Positions 1-13,261 of a DNA stretch of 64,000 bases are shown here, in pieces. Below the pieces are notes generated by a model. The model did no database searches. It was not told the origin of the DNA and saw nothing but the letters and a program-made list of their open reading frames with translations. The DNA is from Eledone cirrhosa. Lineage: Eukaryota. The position numbers were made by a program, and so were the translations under genes. Position 1 is the first letter of the stretch, and each line of letters starts with the position of its first letter. The stretch covers positions 36,952,001 through 37,016,000 of the forward strand of contig OZ024747.1 in NCBI GenBank assembly GCA_964016885.1. The letters run 5' to 3'.

Positions 1-2232
1 AAGCCACAGCCACACAAACAATGTTCTTCAACATATACCTCTTCCTTTTTTTAATATATTAAATCTAGTATTTCATTGGTGTCTTATATTCTAACCTAAC
101 AGTAATTCAACTGCGAAATTAGAAATTCTTGGAGCACAATTCCAGAAATTCCTCTTGTAAAGCGTGAAATGTTAGGAGGAAAAGAAATTCAATATTCTGA
201 CATTTGTAGATTTTCTAAGGATCAAGACGTAAGTGAATTGAAATGATTCCAAATAGTATATTGATCTTTGTCTAAAAATGTCAATCTTCGAAATCACAAT
301 GCTACTTTGAAGCCTTTCACAATACATTTGTCTTTGTTAATGCAATTCTCTTCACGTAATAACGATACCCTAGATGGTCTTGGGTTTACAGCGATAGAAA
401 TATGCCATTGCACCCTCAATACATTTAGGAAGAAGTGAAAGTCACAAAAACTACCCGCTTCAGCTTACCTCTTTCTTTCTAACTTGAATGAGAAAATTAT
501 TATTATCCCTTTTTTCTTTTAATTTTTATTACTTTTCGAAGAACTGCCGGTTTTTCTCGTCAGGTAACATTCAATTACCTTTGCTTTTCCATTGTATCCA
601 TCTATGTATCGTTCACATTAGTTAATCCTTTGCATGTCATTCTTTTTAGCACATCGTTCATTTTCAAACTCCTTGTGGATTTCTAACTGTTCCAGAACCC
701 TCCTTGCATTGTAATTGATGAATTACATTGAATATATATTCCTTCTTCAGTTGTGCAGTTTTCCCGAGTGTTCTTTACAAATATATGAAAGTATTACTCA
801 TCACAATTGGTATAATGCTTACGTATGTATAACACGAAAGAAAAGTATTTACTTCAGCTGAATGATGTTGTGCAGAAACAAATTAACACGGTTACAAATA
901 AAATACGGATGTTTATAAATAACATTCAGGTGAAATTTAAGCTGAAAGATCCAGCTGCTCTTGTAATACATTGAAAGACGAATAGAGAATATCAATTTGT
1001 TTTGTTTTGTTTTTTACTGTAGATCAAAAGAAAATATTTATTCAGGAATATAGGTAATGTAACAGGGACATCATTGGGAAGAACATCATAAACAGAATAT
1101 TTGAGAAGATATTTAAATCAACTTTGAAAGGATCAAACACTTTCCTTGCAATAAACAAAGTTGGCCACTAATGTCATACACAGCAAAATAAGTAAATTTA
1201 ACAATATAAGATGGATACTACACAGGGAAGGATCTTAAATATATATTATCCTCCCTATCAATGATTATCAAATTTGAAAGAAGATACTGAAGGATATTGA
1301 AGTTTAAATATGTGAGGTCTAAATTCTGTAAAAGCCTACAAACTTCATGACCACTGTGTTCCCTCTATTAGATAAAGGCAAGAAGTTTAAACGTTTAGAT
1401 TAGTGAACTTTTAACAATCAACCGGATAGCCATATGTAAGAGGTCATGAAAGTTTTGGCATTGTAGCATACATGAGCGAATTAGTTTCTTTGGTTGAGAG
1501 GGCATAGGTTTGATGTGCCTAAACCTTTCCACAAATTAACACACAATTTCAATGGAATAAACAGAATTGGGATAAAGCAGGCTAAAGTCAAATCAAAATC
1601 TTTAAATCTCAATACAAGAATAATAGCAAAAATCATTGACAATTAATGGTTCAAAAGAAATTCCTTCAGAAATTGAAATAATAAACTTCAATTTACCAGG
1701 CAAACAAAATAAAGGAAATATCAAAAAGGGGATCATAAAAGTCGGAATTGAAATAAAATCCTCAATACTATGTGAGGAATGATTGATTGCAGACATCTTA
1801 CAGTGTCTAAATATAGGGAATAAAGGCAACCGAATATTTTATCTAGAGACAATCAGATGGAAGTAACGGAGTTAGATAAACAGATAGGAGTAATATTACT
1901 GATTGAAAACATGAATTCTATTGTTATTACATCAAAGTAGCAGATACAAAATATTAAATGATTAAATCATGCAACCAGTTTTTTTCTAGATAATGTAAAG
2001 CTGCTAAAATAATTAAAGTAAATGTTTACACGACATAATGCACGGTAAGTGACCAAATATGATTATGATTACAAAGAGAAATTATGATAGCTTATACCAA
2101 ACACAACCTAATTCATTTATAACTATACAGTAAAGAAACAATAGAGTAAAATGAAGCAAACTGGCTGACAACAGAAGACGAGAAGGAAATATACATTTTA
2201 CAACTTGGATTTGGATAGAATGAAGTTATTAA

Positions 2233-2353
<121 letters not shown>

Positions 2354-2377
2354 AATATATGTATATATATATATATA

Positions 2378-2510
2378 GTGACGAAACATAAGTCAATTGC
2401 ATGAACTCATAATCCTATATTTACTGCTATGATAGCCATTGAATGGCTATGACCTCATCAGGCAGTTAGTCAGTTCTTAGATATGCCAGCTCTGTGTTTA
2501 TAGTGTTGAT

Positions 2511-2512
<2 letters not shown>
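2378..2512 (-). mobile_element. Short Penelope-like pLTR fragment between (TA)n tracts with a half hammerhead
   Basis: Minus strand ctgc-CTGATGA-ggtcatagc (core 2455-2461) matches the motif at 40016-40074, then folds back (gatagccattgaatggctatg) with no GAAA. Confidence 0.5.
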
Positions 2513-2580
<68 letters not shown>

Positions 2581-2963
2581 AGTACAATAACAAGCACATA
2601 TAAACACACACTAGTTAACAAAGATACAATACGAAAACAAAAATACATACGCTCAAACGCGAACACACACACCAAACATTAAATATTATATATACTAGCA
2701 GTTTTCTGTTAGCATGTGTAGTGTGTATATTGATATTATATGCAAGTATATATACATGTAGATATGATACATCAAATAAAATCGTAATTGACAATATACA
2801 CAGAAATTGAACGAAGACTGTGTTACACTGTCTTATGTAATCAGTAACGTAATCCATGATACATTATAAAAAGACGATATTATATATAAACTGCATCGGG
2901 AGAAAATTAGTGACAGAAAATTAATATGTTTATTTAAGCAATCGCCACCGGAAGTGTGAACAT

Positions 2964-4302
2964 TTGCAATTGTTCATCATTTTTTGCAAATAGTTTCAGG
3001 TCATCCATGTAGAACAGGTGATTAATGGTTTTGTCATAGACTTTATATCCATGTTTTGTTTCATTAAGCATTTTACTTAATGGTATAAGTGCGATGCAGA
3101 ATAAAAGCGGTGATAAAGAGTCACCCTGAAAAATTCCACAATTAATATTAACTTCTCCAGCTTCCAGTGATTTTGTTTCACTATTCAAAAGGAGTGTCGT
3201 TTTCCATGTCTTCATACTGAATGACAAAAACCTCCTGACAACGGGGGATATTTTGAAAATCTCTAAACATTTTTCAATCCAACTGTGTGGCAAACTATCG
3301 AATGCTTTTTTATAATCTATCCAAGCAATCGATAGATTTTTGTGTCTATTATGACAATCTTCCAGTATCATTTTGTTAGCCAGAAGCTGATCCTTACAGC
3401 CATATGAGCCTCGTTTACACCCTTTCTGCTCAATGGGAAGTAGGTCATTTGTTATCAGGTGGTCATATGTGTATTCAGTTAGGACTGATGTTAAAATTTT
3501 ATACATTGTGGTCAAGCAAGTTATCGGTCTGTAATTTTGGGGATTGTTTGTTTCATCATTCTTCGGAAGCAGGAATGTAATGCCGTTAACTAGCCATGAT
3601 GGTATCTTTTCTGGCTCCTTAACTATTTCATTGTAAAGTTGGGCTAACAGCTCATGAGACTCTGTGAAGGCATTTATCCAAAAGTTTTGTATTTTGTCTT
3701 TTCCTGGGGATTTCCATTTGCTGGTTTTTCTTAGAGCCAAGCGCAACTCTTCAACTGTTATATTTTCCCATATTTGTTCCTCAAGGTGGGCTGTATCTTT
3801 CATTTGTCTGTCTATCCATGGGGCATGTATATTATGAACTTTTTATTCGGCCCAGATCTTTTCCCAGAATTCTTGCACTTCCTCCTTGGGTGGTATTGAT
3901 TTAGCAGTTATTGTTGACTTACCAATTTTTCTGTAGAAGTTTCTTTGGTTGTTTTTGAACATGTTATTGTCATATAGAATCTAGATCGTTTTTCAAAGCG
4001 CCTTATACGAGCAGCTTTGGCCGACACTTTTTGCTTGATTATTTCTATCAGCATGTCTATGTCACATGTTGATTTTATACTGTACTTTCTTTTCAATTTT
4101 CTAAGTTTAGTTTGTTTAACATGTTCACCTACTTTATAGTTTGTTAAAATTTCTATGTCAGATCGGAGAAGGTTTATTTGGCGATTGATGTTCTCTTGCC
4201 AAGTAGATTTCTTGTGGGAATTCCTTTGTTTTTTCATCTTCACTCCACATAAGTGAGTGGTGACTTTAGCCGATGCATAATAAAGATGATTTAAATCAGT
4301 AA
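2964..4302 (-). mobile_element. R4/Dong-type non-LTR retrotransposon family A, internal fragment (A1), truncated at both ends
   Basis: ORFs 2934-3803 and 3908-4243 with NYRPITCL, WIDYKKAFDS, GIFQGDSLSP, YMDD; near-identical to 14883-16222; 5' junction abuts (ATT)n. Confidence 0.95.
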
Positions 4303-4338
<36 letters not shown>

Positions 4339-4350
4339 GTTATTGTTATT
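4303..4350. repeat. (ATT)n tract separating A1 and B1
   Basis: Direct reading. Confidence 0.95.
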
Positions 4351-7151
4351 CCTTGAATCTCAGTCATTGATGTTGGTTAACTGGAAAGTCCGTTGGATTG
4401 AATATCAAGCCACTACCTGCAGCCTCAGATATTCAGGACGTATCGGAGGGTTCTTGCCGTTCCAAGCAAGCATGCCTTTTGAAGCGTTCCAAAAAGCGTG
4501 AAGGGGCCGATTTTCTTTAACCATCCCTGGAAACCTTTGGAGATAGTCCCCAGTGCGCCTATGACAATCGGGATCACTTTGACTTCATGGCAGTTCCAAA
4601 TCCTTTTCACCTCCCACTTTAGGTCCTGGTATCGGTTAATTTTCTCCCTCTCCTTCTCTTGCACTCTCGTGTCGAACGGGCAGGCCACATCCACAATCAG
4701 GCACGATCTTTTTTCTTTGTCCACAACCACCAGGTCAGGTCTATTGTGTTCCAGTTTTTTGTCCGTCTGTATCCTAAAATCCCACAGCACCTTCACCTGA
4801 CTGTTCTCCATCACCGCCTCTGGCCTATGCTCATACCATTTCTCAGAATGTGGTAGATTGTTTACTTTGCACAGGTGCCAGTGGATCACCCTGCCCATCA
4901 CATCGTGTCTCCAGCCCTTATAGTGGGTCTGGGCTAGGTGTTTACACTCGGACACAATGTGAGCCACAGTCTCCTCTCTCTCTCCACAGATCCTGCACAG
5001 TGGGCTAGCCTCCTCCTTGTAGATATGGTGCTTCAACCACTTCGTTTTGAGGGCCTGCTCCTGCGCAGCCATTAGCATTCCTTCTGTAGCCTTTTTGAGG
5101 TCTCCTCTTCTCAACCAGTTCCATGTCTGTGGATCTCTAAATTCAGTTTTCTCAAAGAAGGTACTATGAAGGGATTTTCCCTTAAGGCTGCTCTTCCTCC
5201 TTGATGTTATTTCCTCCTTGGATATCCCCTGGCCTACTGTCCCCTCCTTCAGTACAGCTCTGAGCATTGGCTCCTTACTATAGGTCACGTATTTGTATAG
5301 GTTGTTTTTCTCCATCTGAACACAGTCCTCTATGCTGATAAGACCTCTTCCACCCTCAGATCTCCTTAGGTAGAGTCTATCGACATCACTCCTCTTGTGG
5401 AACATGTTGTAGATAGTCAATAGCTTCCTAGTCTTCCTATCCATTTCTTTTTGTTCAGCAACATTCCATCTCAGAATTCCCGCACTGTACCTAATAATAG
5501 ACACAGCTCGGGAATTTACTGCGCTTATGGCATTTCTGCTGTTCAGATGTGACTTCAATACGCTCCTTACTCTCCGAATGTATTCAGTTCTTAACAATTC
5601 CTTCATTTTTTTGTTCTTTATGCCATCAGCCTCCAGAACGCCCAAATACTTGTATCCTTCCTCAGAGTCAATTTCCTTTATCATCTCACCTGTTGGTATC
5701 TGGATCCCGTTACTTCTGCTCAACCTACCCCTCCTCATCACAATGACTCCACATTTACCAATACCAAACTGCATACATATATCACTGCTGAAAATACGGA
5801 CAGTGTCAACAAGCACATCCAACTCCTTCTCACTTTTCCCGAAGAGCTTAAGATCGTCCATGAAGAGGAGGTGATTGATGGTAAGCTCTCCCCTTCCCAA
5901 CTTGTATCCTGCTCTCACTTTTCGCAGCATAATGGTCAAGGGCATCAGGGCAAGGACAAACAACAGAGGGGACAGGCTATCTCCCTGGAAGATATCTCTC
6001 TTGATCTTCACGCTTCCCAAGGATACTCCAGTTGATGTCAACTCTGTCTCCCAGGACCCCATACTCCTGCCCAGCAACTGTCTGATGTTATCTGCCACCC
6101 TGAAGATCTCCAGGCTTTTGGTGATCCAGGAATGAGGCACCATGTCAAATGCCTTTCTGTAGTCTATCCATCCCATGGCAAGATCAGTGTGTCTCCTCCT
6201 GCAATTCCCCATTACCATCTTATCAATAAGCAACTGGTCCTTTGTACCACGTGACTTCTTTCGGCATCCTTTCTGTTCGTCCGGTAACAAGTTGTTTGTG
6301 TGGAGGTGATGGTAGATTTCCTCAGACACAATGCTCGTCAACAGTTTCCACATTACGGGCAGACATGTGATAGGTCTATAGTTGGTAACATCATTACCCT
6401 TGATTCGGTCTTTCATTATCAGAACTGTGGTACCTTTTGTCAACCACTCTGGCACCTCACCCGACACCAAGCAGTCATTGAACATGGCCGTCAGCTTCGG
6501 GTGGAGGGATGTTAAATGTTTAATCCAATACCCCTGCACACCATCTGGGCCTGGTGATTTCCAGTTGGTTAGTTTTTTGGCTTGCCCCTTAAGAGTTTCA
6601 ACTGTGACACTCAAATCAGTCTGTTGTTGTGCCTGCTCACCGATCTCCCTCTGTACTGTCTCAATCCACCCTGCCTGGGCATTGTGTCTAACATCCTGCT
6701 CCCATATTCCTCTCCAGAATGTTTTAGCTTGTTCCGCCCCAGGGATCAAGTCGTTGCCTCTTTCTTTCCCCTCAAGCTGTCCAAACAGCATCTTCTGGTT
6801 GTTGTCGAACATGCGGTTCTGTTTATACTGACTGACTCTGTTCTCGTATCGCCTGATTTTGGCACTCTTTGCTACAATGCGTTGCTTCAATTCCTCTATG
6901 ATAATATTTAGCTTTTTACTCCTAGTTTTGTATTTTATTTCCAGTCTATTTTTAGTGTCCCATTCAGTAGTGACTCAAGCTTTCCTATGTCATTTCTCAT
7001 TTCCCCGATTTGCCCACTCAGTCGCTTCTTCCACCACGGCTCTGCTCTTTCTTGTCTGTTGTTTCCTCTCGCTTTTATACCAAGTAGTTTCCTCACCGTA
7101 TTTGCTGTTGCTTTGAGGATATTGTTGCACTGGTGAAGACTCCTCGCCTCA

Positions 7152-7152
<1 letters not shown>
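4351..7152 (-). mobile_element. R4/Dong-type non-LTR retrotransposon family B, 5'-truncated copy (B1) with (TAA)n tail
   Basis: Flanked on both sides by (ATT)n; near-identical to 19066-21883. Confidence 0.95.
4425..6890 (-). CDS. Reverse transcriptase + CCHC knuckle + restriction-like endonuclease (open frame, N-terminally truncated)
   Basis: NYRPITCL, WIDYRKAFD, FQGDSLSP, FMDD; CRICGEREETVAHIVSEC; RHD...RPDL...DVACP...KINRY (PD-(D/E)xK-type RLE). Confidence 0.93.
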   Translation of the reverse strand: MKQRIVAKSAKIRRYENRVSQYKQNRMFDNNQKMLFGQLEGKERGNDLIPGAEQAKTFWRGIWEQDVRHNAQAGWIETVQREIGEQAQQQTDLSVTVETLKGQAKKLTNWKSPGPDGVQGYWIKHLTSLHPKLTAMFNDCLVSGEVPEWLTKGTTVLIMKDRIKGNDVTNYRPITCLPVMWKLLTSIVSEEIYHHLHTNNLLPDEQKGCRKKSRGTKDQLLIDKMVMGNCRRRHTDLAMGWIDYRKAFDMVPHSWITKSLEIFRVADNIRQLLGRSMGSWETELTSTGVSLGSVKIKRDIFQGDSLSPLLFVLALMPLTIMLRKVRAGYKLGRGELTINHLLFMDDLKLFGKSEKELDVLVDTVRIFSSDICMQFGIGKCGVIVMRRGRLSRSNGIQIPTGEMIKEIDSEEGYKYLGVLEADGIKNKKMKELLRTEYIRRVRSVLKSHLNSRNAISAVNSRAVSIIRYSAGILRWNVAEQKEMDRKTRKLLTIYNMFHKRSDVDRLYLRRSEGGRGLISIEDCVQMEKNNLYKYVTYSKEPMLRAVLKEGTVGQGISKEEITSRRKSSLKGKSLHSTFFEKTEFRDPQTWNWLRRGDLKKATEGMLMAAQEQALKTKWLKHHIYKEEASPLCRICGEREETVAHIVSECKHLAQTHYKGWRHDVMGRVIHWHLCKVNNLPHSEKWYEHRPEAVMENSQVKVLWDFRIQTDKKLEHNRPDLVVVDKEKRSCLIVDVACPFDTRVQEKEREKINRYQDLKWEVKRIWNCHEVKVIPIVIGALGTISKGFQGWLKKIGPFTLFGTLQKACLLGTARTLRYVLNI

Positions 7153-7211
<59 letters not shown>
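7152..7211. repeat. (ATT)n tract between B1 and C
   Basis: Direct reading. Confidence 0.95.
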
Positions 7212-7426
7212 GAATGCCATGGTTGACGGAGGCTCGGCTCTGTAAGGTATTGTAAATTTTGACCGTTATAACAATTGTAAATTGTTTAAAACTTTAACCA
7301 AACTGTAGACAAAAACACCCTCCTCCTCGTGAGAGGGGTCTTTCTGTCCGTTATTTGGCCCTTCGTGGTTAAATAACCGCTTATTGGGGTTTTGTGCCCA
7401 ATATTTATTTTAAACAAAAAAAAAAC

Positions 7427-9567
7427 ATGGCTACTAAAAAGAATTTTCACAAGTCACTCCCACTCATTCCGTCTTCTTCTTCCTCAATCGTCACTACAGC
7501 AGAGAGAAGATTGTCTCTCTCTCTCCCTTCTCTAAATGTGTCTCTCTCCCTCCCTCCTCTTTCGCAAGCGACGCCAGTAAAGAAAAATAGTTTACAAAAT
7601 CACGTGCAAATCATGGAACATTTCTCCACGACGACGACAACGACGAAAAAGGTGTGCGGTAAATACGAAAACCCATTTCATTCGTCTGACGTCATGAATA
7701 ATAGCAGTAGCAGCAGCCGTAAAAACAGCAGCAGCATCAACAGTGACAAGGAAAGCAACAGTAACAGCCGCAACAGCATCAGCAGCAGCATAAACAACAA
7801 CAGCATTAGCAGCAACAGCAACAACAACAGCAGCAACAGCAACAACAACAACAACCACAACAACAGCGGTGGCGGCAGTAGTCGTAGTACCTGCAGCAAC
7901 AACAAATGTAACAGCAGCTCTGACGACAACAACAACAACAACAGCAGCAAAGAAAACCAATCTCGTTTGCAGGTATCGCAAAGAACCTGGAAAACATCCT
8001 CATAACAAATGAGGAATTACAGGAAGCGAAGAAGATGGTGACGAAAACCGAACACCGAGCAATCTGCAAGGCAGCCGTAAAATTTTTCGAAACCCAACAG
8101 CACTGTACGGTCACGTACCGTACAGTAAGCACAAAATCCCGTAGGGTTGAAAGAGCCACAGAGGCTCAAATACAAAAAGGCTTAGGGTATGTGTGGCAGC
8201 GGAAAACGCATATCACCCGAGGCAAGAAATATTCCAGCGTAGACGTGCTTTTTGCCACAGCCCAGGAGGAAAAGGCTCAATCCTTAGTGACCCTAAGGAG
8301 CGAGGAAATGGTGTTGATGCCTTCCTACTGCGGGCAAAAAATTGTGAGGGTCAAACTGACCCACGTCCCCGCCCCCGGGATGGCCCCTTCTTGGCTGGCC
8401 GCGTCTGTCCTCGTCGGAATCGAGGAAAAAACAACTGTACTGCAAGTACAGAAAAAAGTAAGAGAAGATTGGGTCGGCACCTCCATTGAGATGTTAATCC
8501 AAACCAACCAGGAATGCATAGAAGCTATCCTGGATGTGATAGACGTCGATAACGGCACTCAACTGCCCATAAGTGTTGAGGGCAAACGCCCGAAATGCTT
8601 TCGCTGTGGATCGAAGACTCACCTCAGGGCCTTCTGCAACGAGAAGACCCTGAGAAATGAGAAAAACCCCCTCCTTCCGAAACCAGCTCCACGGCTACCA
8701 GCAACAGGACAAGCGGCAACCAGGAACGATAGGTCCGTGGCACCCATACCCACGCTACGTAAATCAAGAACAGCAGCAGCAGTGGAAGTATTAACAACAA
8801 CAACAGTAATACCAAATGCAGCTGCAACAGAGACTCCACTGCAAACATCACCAACAACAACAAGTGAAAGAGTGGATCTGGTACCCCTCCCCGACCTCAC
8901 AGAATCAGACATGGAATGTGAGGTGGGAGAGGGATGGCGAAAGGTCGCAAGAAGGCACAAACGCAGAAGCAGCGCATCGTCGCCTTCGAAAAGGGAGGAA
9001 AGAAATGAAAAAAGGGTAAAGACTACTGCAAAGAGACTCACAGCAGCAACACCACCAACACCATCACCACCCACACTAGCACCACCATCACCACCGGCGA
9101 CAACCCCACCGCCAACAAAAACAACACCTTCACCACCACCACCACAAGCACCAACATCGCAAACACAATAACAAAACACACACACCCAGAAAATAGCAGA
9201 ACCACACTCCACCCCCAGAAAAACAAATGCACGGCAATAAATACACACAACAAGAAACTAATGACTTACATAATTGAACACAGGCATTTCACAACACGAC
9301 TACATAATACCAGCACCAATCAAAACGCCAACGAACATAAGACTGCTAAAAATAGCACAGAAACTATACACAAACATTAAAACGAAATTCCCCAACGCAG
9401 TTGGTGATTTCAGAGAACTAGGAGGAACTATCAACCGAAGAGTATATTCGGACATACTCATAGAAGAGCCGACGACCAGCCGAAGGAACGATTCAACGGT
9501 CCCTTCGCCAGACGATCAAGTGAAAAAGGATGGAGAAACCATCCTTCCTCTACGAAAAGTACGGTGA
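7427..9567 (+). pseudogene. ORF1 (gag-like, CX2CX4HX4C zinc knuckle), frameshifted and interrupted
   Basis: ATG at 7427 after an A-rich context; Asn/Ser-rich N-terminus; CFRCGSKTHLRAFC in ORF 8035-9171; Pro/Thr-rich linker; C-terminal block 9274-9567. Confidence 0.75.
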
Positions 9568-9602
9568 GTGGTCTTTCCCATCTTTTCCACTCTATTTTAA
9601 AC

Positions 9603-12600
9603 ATGACCTCACTCAGGAAAGGCAGCATAAATGCGCGTGGCTTGGGGTCGTCATGGAAGCAGGGTCACCTGCTCAACGACCTCAGGTCACTAAACATAGA
9701 TGTAGTGGCCATCAGCGAGACCAGAATCGACGAAGCACGGGCCTTCGCACCGATCTTCGGCGGCTATGTGTGTACGCATCTCCCAGCCGTCCTGGATCGG
9801 GGGAGGAGTTGCTGTGCTTTTTCGGAGAGGTTTGGATCTCGCCATACGGGCCATCTTCCTGGGCCCAGAGGGTAAGTTGGTGGTGCTGGACGTGACCAGT
9901 GGAAACGGGCAAGATTTTAGGCTAGTGGCCGTATATGCCCGACAGGAGCAGGGCGGCCTGATTTCTTCCGGCGTCTGGAGACCTTTCTTGGAACGTCCCG
10001 CTCTTTAGTATTAGTGGGCGACTGGAACGGGACCTTAGATGGACGCTGGGACTGTGTGGGATTAGCGGATAGGGGTGGAGGGTGCAAGAGCATCACCAAC
10101 CTGCTCAGGCGTTATGAACTGTCTGACAGGTACCGACTGGATTTCCCGAATGTACCAATGTGGACTTGGACAAATCGCATAGGGTCATCCAGATCATATC
10201 TAGATAGAGTATTTTGTAGGGAAATAGATAGGTCTAGCATAGGCTGTCCACAATTCAAGATAGTCAGCTACACGGACCACAAATTCGTGATCTGTGTGCT
10301 TGACTTAGATAGGCTTCATAGACGAGGACCCGGCTACTGGAAGCTAAACGTGTCCTTACCAGCGCGCAAGGCCTAGAGAGACCGGATTAGCGAACTAGTT
10401 AAGCGGGCGTTGACGGGGGCCGTCGTCAACAACAAGTGGTGGTTTGCTCTGAAAAGAGCGATTAGAATAGAATCCATTAGGTGTAGTAAGGCTTTAGAAA
10501 TAGAGAAAAAGAGAGCACAGGGAGAACTAGTTAGAAAATTAGACGAGGCGCTTAACAAAGGCATCGCGACCGACGTGCTTGCGGCGAAATTGGCCCTTGA
10601 CCAATTCTTCAATGCAAAGCACGAAGGCTGCGTTGTCAGAGCTAGGGTGCGTGCTCTCAGACACGAGGGGACGAAAGCCGTTCAATGGGCCCGAGTGGCG
10701 GAGGCGCGTCGTGGCAACAAAGCCACGATCCGGTCTTTGGTGCACCACTAGGGGCGAATGCTGCCGATCCCGGGCAAATGTGTGAAGCTTTTCAGCGACA
10801 CTTCGCTCAGCTGTTCGGGGGCAGCGGTGGGCCGGGTCGAGGGATGGACTTTAGTGTCTACCTCGACGGACTGCCGCGGCTCTCGGCCACTGAGGCGGAG
10901 TGTTGCGAAAAGCCGATAACAGCCGCTGAAGTACGGGAGGCAATGACTGGCTGCACAAGGGGTAAATCGCCTGGTTTGGATGGTCTGCCCTATGAACTTT
11001 ACGTACAGATGCCAGACTTGTTCGGAGGCCTCTTGGCGGACGTCTACTGCAACTGGCAACAGAACGGGAGAATTCCCAGCTCTGTGAGCCGAGGAGCGGT
11101 GGCACTGCTGAGAAAGGATCCGAACAAGGGGGATAACATAGATAATTTCAGGCCCATAAATCTGCTAAACACAGAGTTCAAGATTTTGGCCAAGGTTCTA
11201 GCAAAGAGGTTGGCGCTTTTCGTTGGTGGTCTGGTGGGAGAGGCGCAGCCATGCGCCATTCCCGACAGATCCATCCACGACAACCTCCACCTCATGCGAT
11301 ACATCGTAGAGAGGGTAGCTAGGGAACCTGGCACGGGTGGGTCCTTGATCAATTTAGATCAGTCGAAAGCTTTCGATAGGATCGACCATCGTTACCTAGC
11401 GGCAGTACTGAGGGCGGCTGGCTTTGGGCCCGTCTTCAGAGGCTGGATCGCTGCCATTCACAGCGACATCTGCTCTGTGGTGAGAGTGAACAGTCACCTT
11501 TCGGAACCGTTCAACATCATGCGCTCGGTCCGTCAAGGATGTCCACTCTCGTCCCTCTTGTACGTATTTACTCTCGAGCCATTACTGCACAAACTGGAAA
11601 CGTTGAGGGGCGTCCCGCGCGAACTAGGATGCGGATGATCCGTGTCAGCAGGACGATGTCACCGTAGTGGTGTCGAACGCCAAACACATCGAGGCGATCG
11701 GCACTACACTAAGAGAATACGAAGCGGTGACAGGAGCAATGATCAACCAGGAAAAGTCAGTGGGCCTGCAGCTCGGCACCTGGAGAGGCAGGTCCATTCC
11801 GTCCAACATCGTCGTCGGACGCTGGACGGACGGACCGGTTAAATTGCTAGGGGTCTGGTTCGGTCCGGACCTCCAGATGGACAAAAACTGGGACGAGGTG
11901 ACGAGCAGGGTGGCTTCTCTCACCCAGAAATGGGCGGATAGGAAGCTATCCCTGAAAGGTTGAGCGGAGGTGGCTAACGCGTACATCACGCCTGTCATCT
12001 GCTACCGCCTGACCGACGTGCCTTGTCCTAAGCCCCGCCTGACTGCGCTGGAGCGTTTGCTCTTTCGCTTTTTGTGGAAGGGAAGCGCGCCGATGGTCAG
12101 GCGGTCCATCTGCTGTCAACACCCGCTACGTGGAGGGCTGGGAATGCCGTGGCTTATGATCGCAGACACGCGCTCAGGCTACGACATCTCCACCTCTTCC
12201 TCGACGGTGATCAGGTGTGGTCGCCGTTTGCTAGACACGTATTTCCCCAGCTGGTTTCCTTGACGGAGCTGCAGTCCTGGGTCAAGCGAAGACCGAGAGG
12301 GAGCTCCTGGAGACTGGAATGTCTTCAGGCGCTCACAGCCCTCGACCAATCGGTCAATGTGATCGGTGGAAACTCCACCTCGGCGTTCTATAGAGGATTA
12401 GTGGAGGGGAAGAGTGACAACGTACTTGGGGAAACTCTAGGCATCGACGAAAATCAGCTAGCCAATCTCTTCGGAAGAACTTTAGGGCCGGGATCTATGG
12501 ACAACTTCCAGAAATCTCTGTCCTGGCAGTGCTACCGAGGAGCCTTGCCAGTTCGGGATAAACTCTATAGGAATGGAGGTGCCGTCAGCCGGGCATGTCC

Positions 12601-13012
12601 GAGATGCGCGCAGGGCGACGAAACCGTCCTGCACGCACTCGTCCAGTGTCCGAAAATTGCTGACTTGTGGGATTATGTCGAACACCTGCTGTCGCGTGTA
12701 GGACGGATCCGGCTATCAGCTGAGTCCGTCGTGAGGATTGCCCCGCCCTCTTCCTTTAGCCGGGAAGAGCAGGCAGTTTTTATCTGTCTGGTGGCCATGG
12801 CGAAAGAGATAGTATGGTGGACACGTTTGAAAGGGCTGAAGACGAGCACTTACCTCTTCGGTGATGCTCTGATTGACTTTTTCAAATTTCATTTGAAAAG
12901 GAAAATCAGAGTAGAGAGGGAAGTGCTCTCTTCCCAGCATTTTGTTGAAAGATGGGTGAGAGAAGCAAGAATGGCCCGAGTGAATGGGCCTACTCTGAGT
13001 ACGTATCTGTAA
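9603..13012 (+). pseudogene. ORF2: APE endonuclease - reverse transcriptase - C-terminal Zn finger, several frameshifts and stops
   Basis: SINARGL...AISETR, GDWN, SYLDR, YTDH, GYWKLN (APE); KSPGLDGL, NFRPINLLN, DQSKAFD, VRQGCPLS (RT); CPRCAQGDETVLHALVQC. Confidence 0.92.
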
Positions 13013-13261
13013 ATTAAAGGTGGAAAACTGGGAGAGGGCACTTGCCTTAGTGGTCAGAGTCACTGTCGCCTTTTACTGGGCTTTCTCCACAAATGTCCCT
13101 CCGAAGTCTCCCCCCTATTGGGGAATTTTTCATTGTTATTTTTTTGTTACACCCTCTGTTTTTGTTTTTTACATTGTACCGTCCTGTATTGTCCTGCACT
13201 GTCCTTAATGTCTACTTTATGTAAACCCTTGTGGTTAATAAAGAAATCATTATTATTATTA

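Larger units (their letters stand above)
7212..13248 (+). mobile_element. Apparently full-length L1/Tx1-clade non-LTR retrotransposon (C) in (ATT)n
   Basis: 5' leader, ORF1 with gag-like knuckle, ORF2 APE-RT-Zn finger, 3' UTR with AATAAA then (ATT)n; (ATT)n on both sides. Confidence 0.9.

Noticed and set aside
1-1900. Possible decayed coding region of a transposon or virus
   Set aside because: The frames I translated contain many stops and no recognisable motif; needs a tBLASTx or HMM search
4498-7116. Plus-strand ORFs overlapping the RT ORFs (also 19213-22502)
   Set aside because: Antisense shadows of the retrotransposon frame
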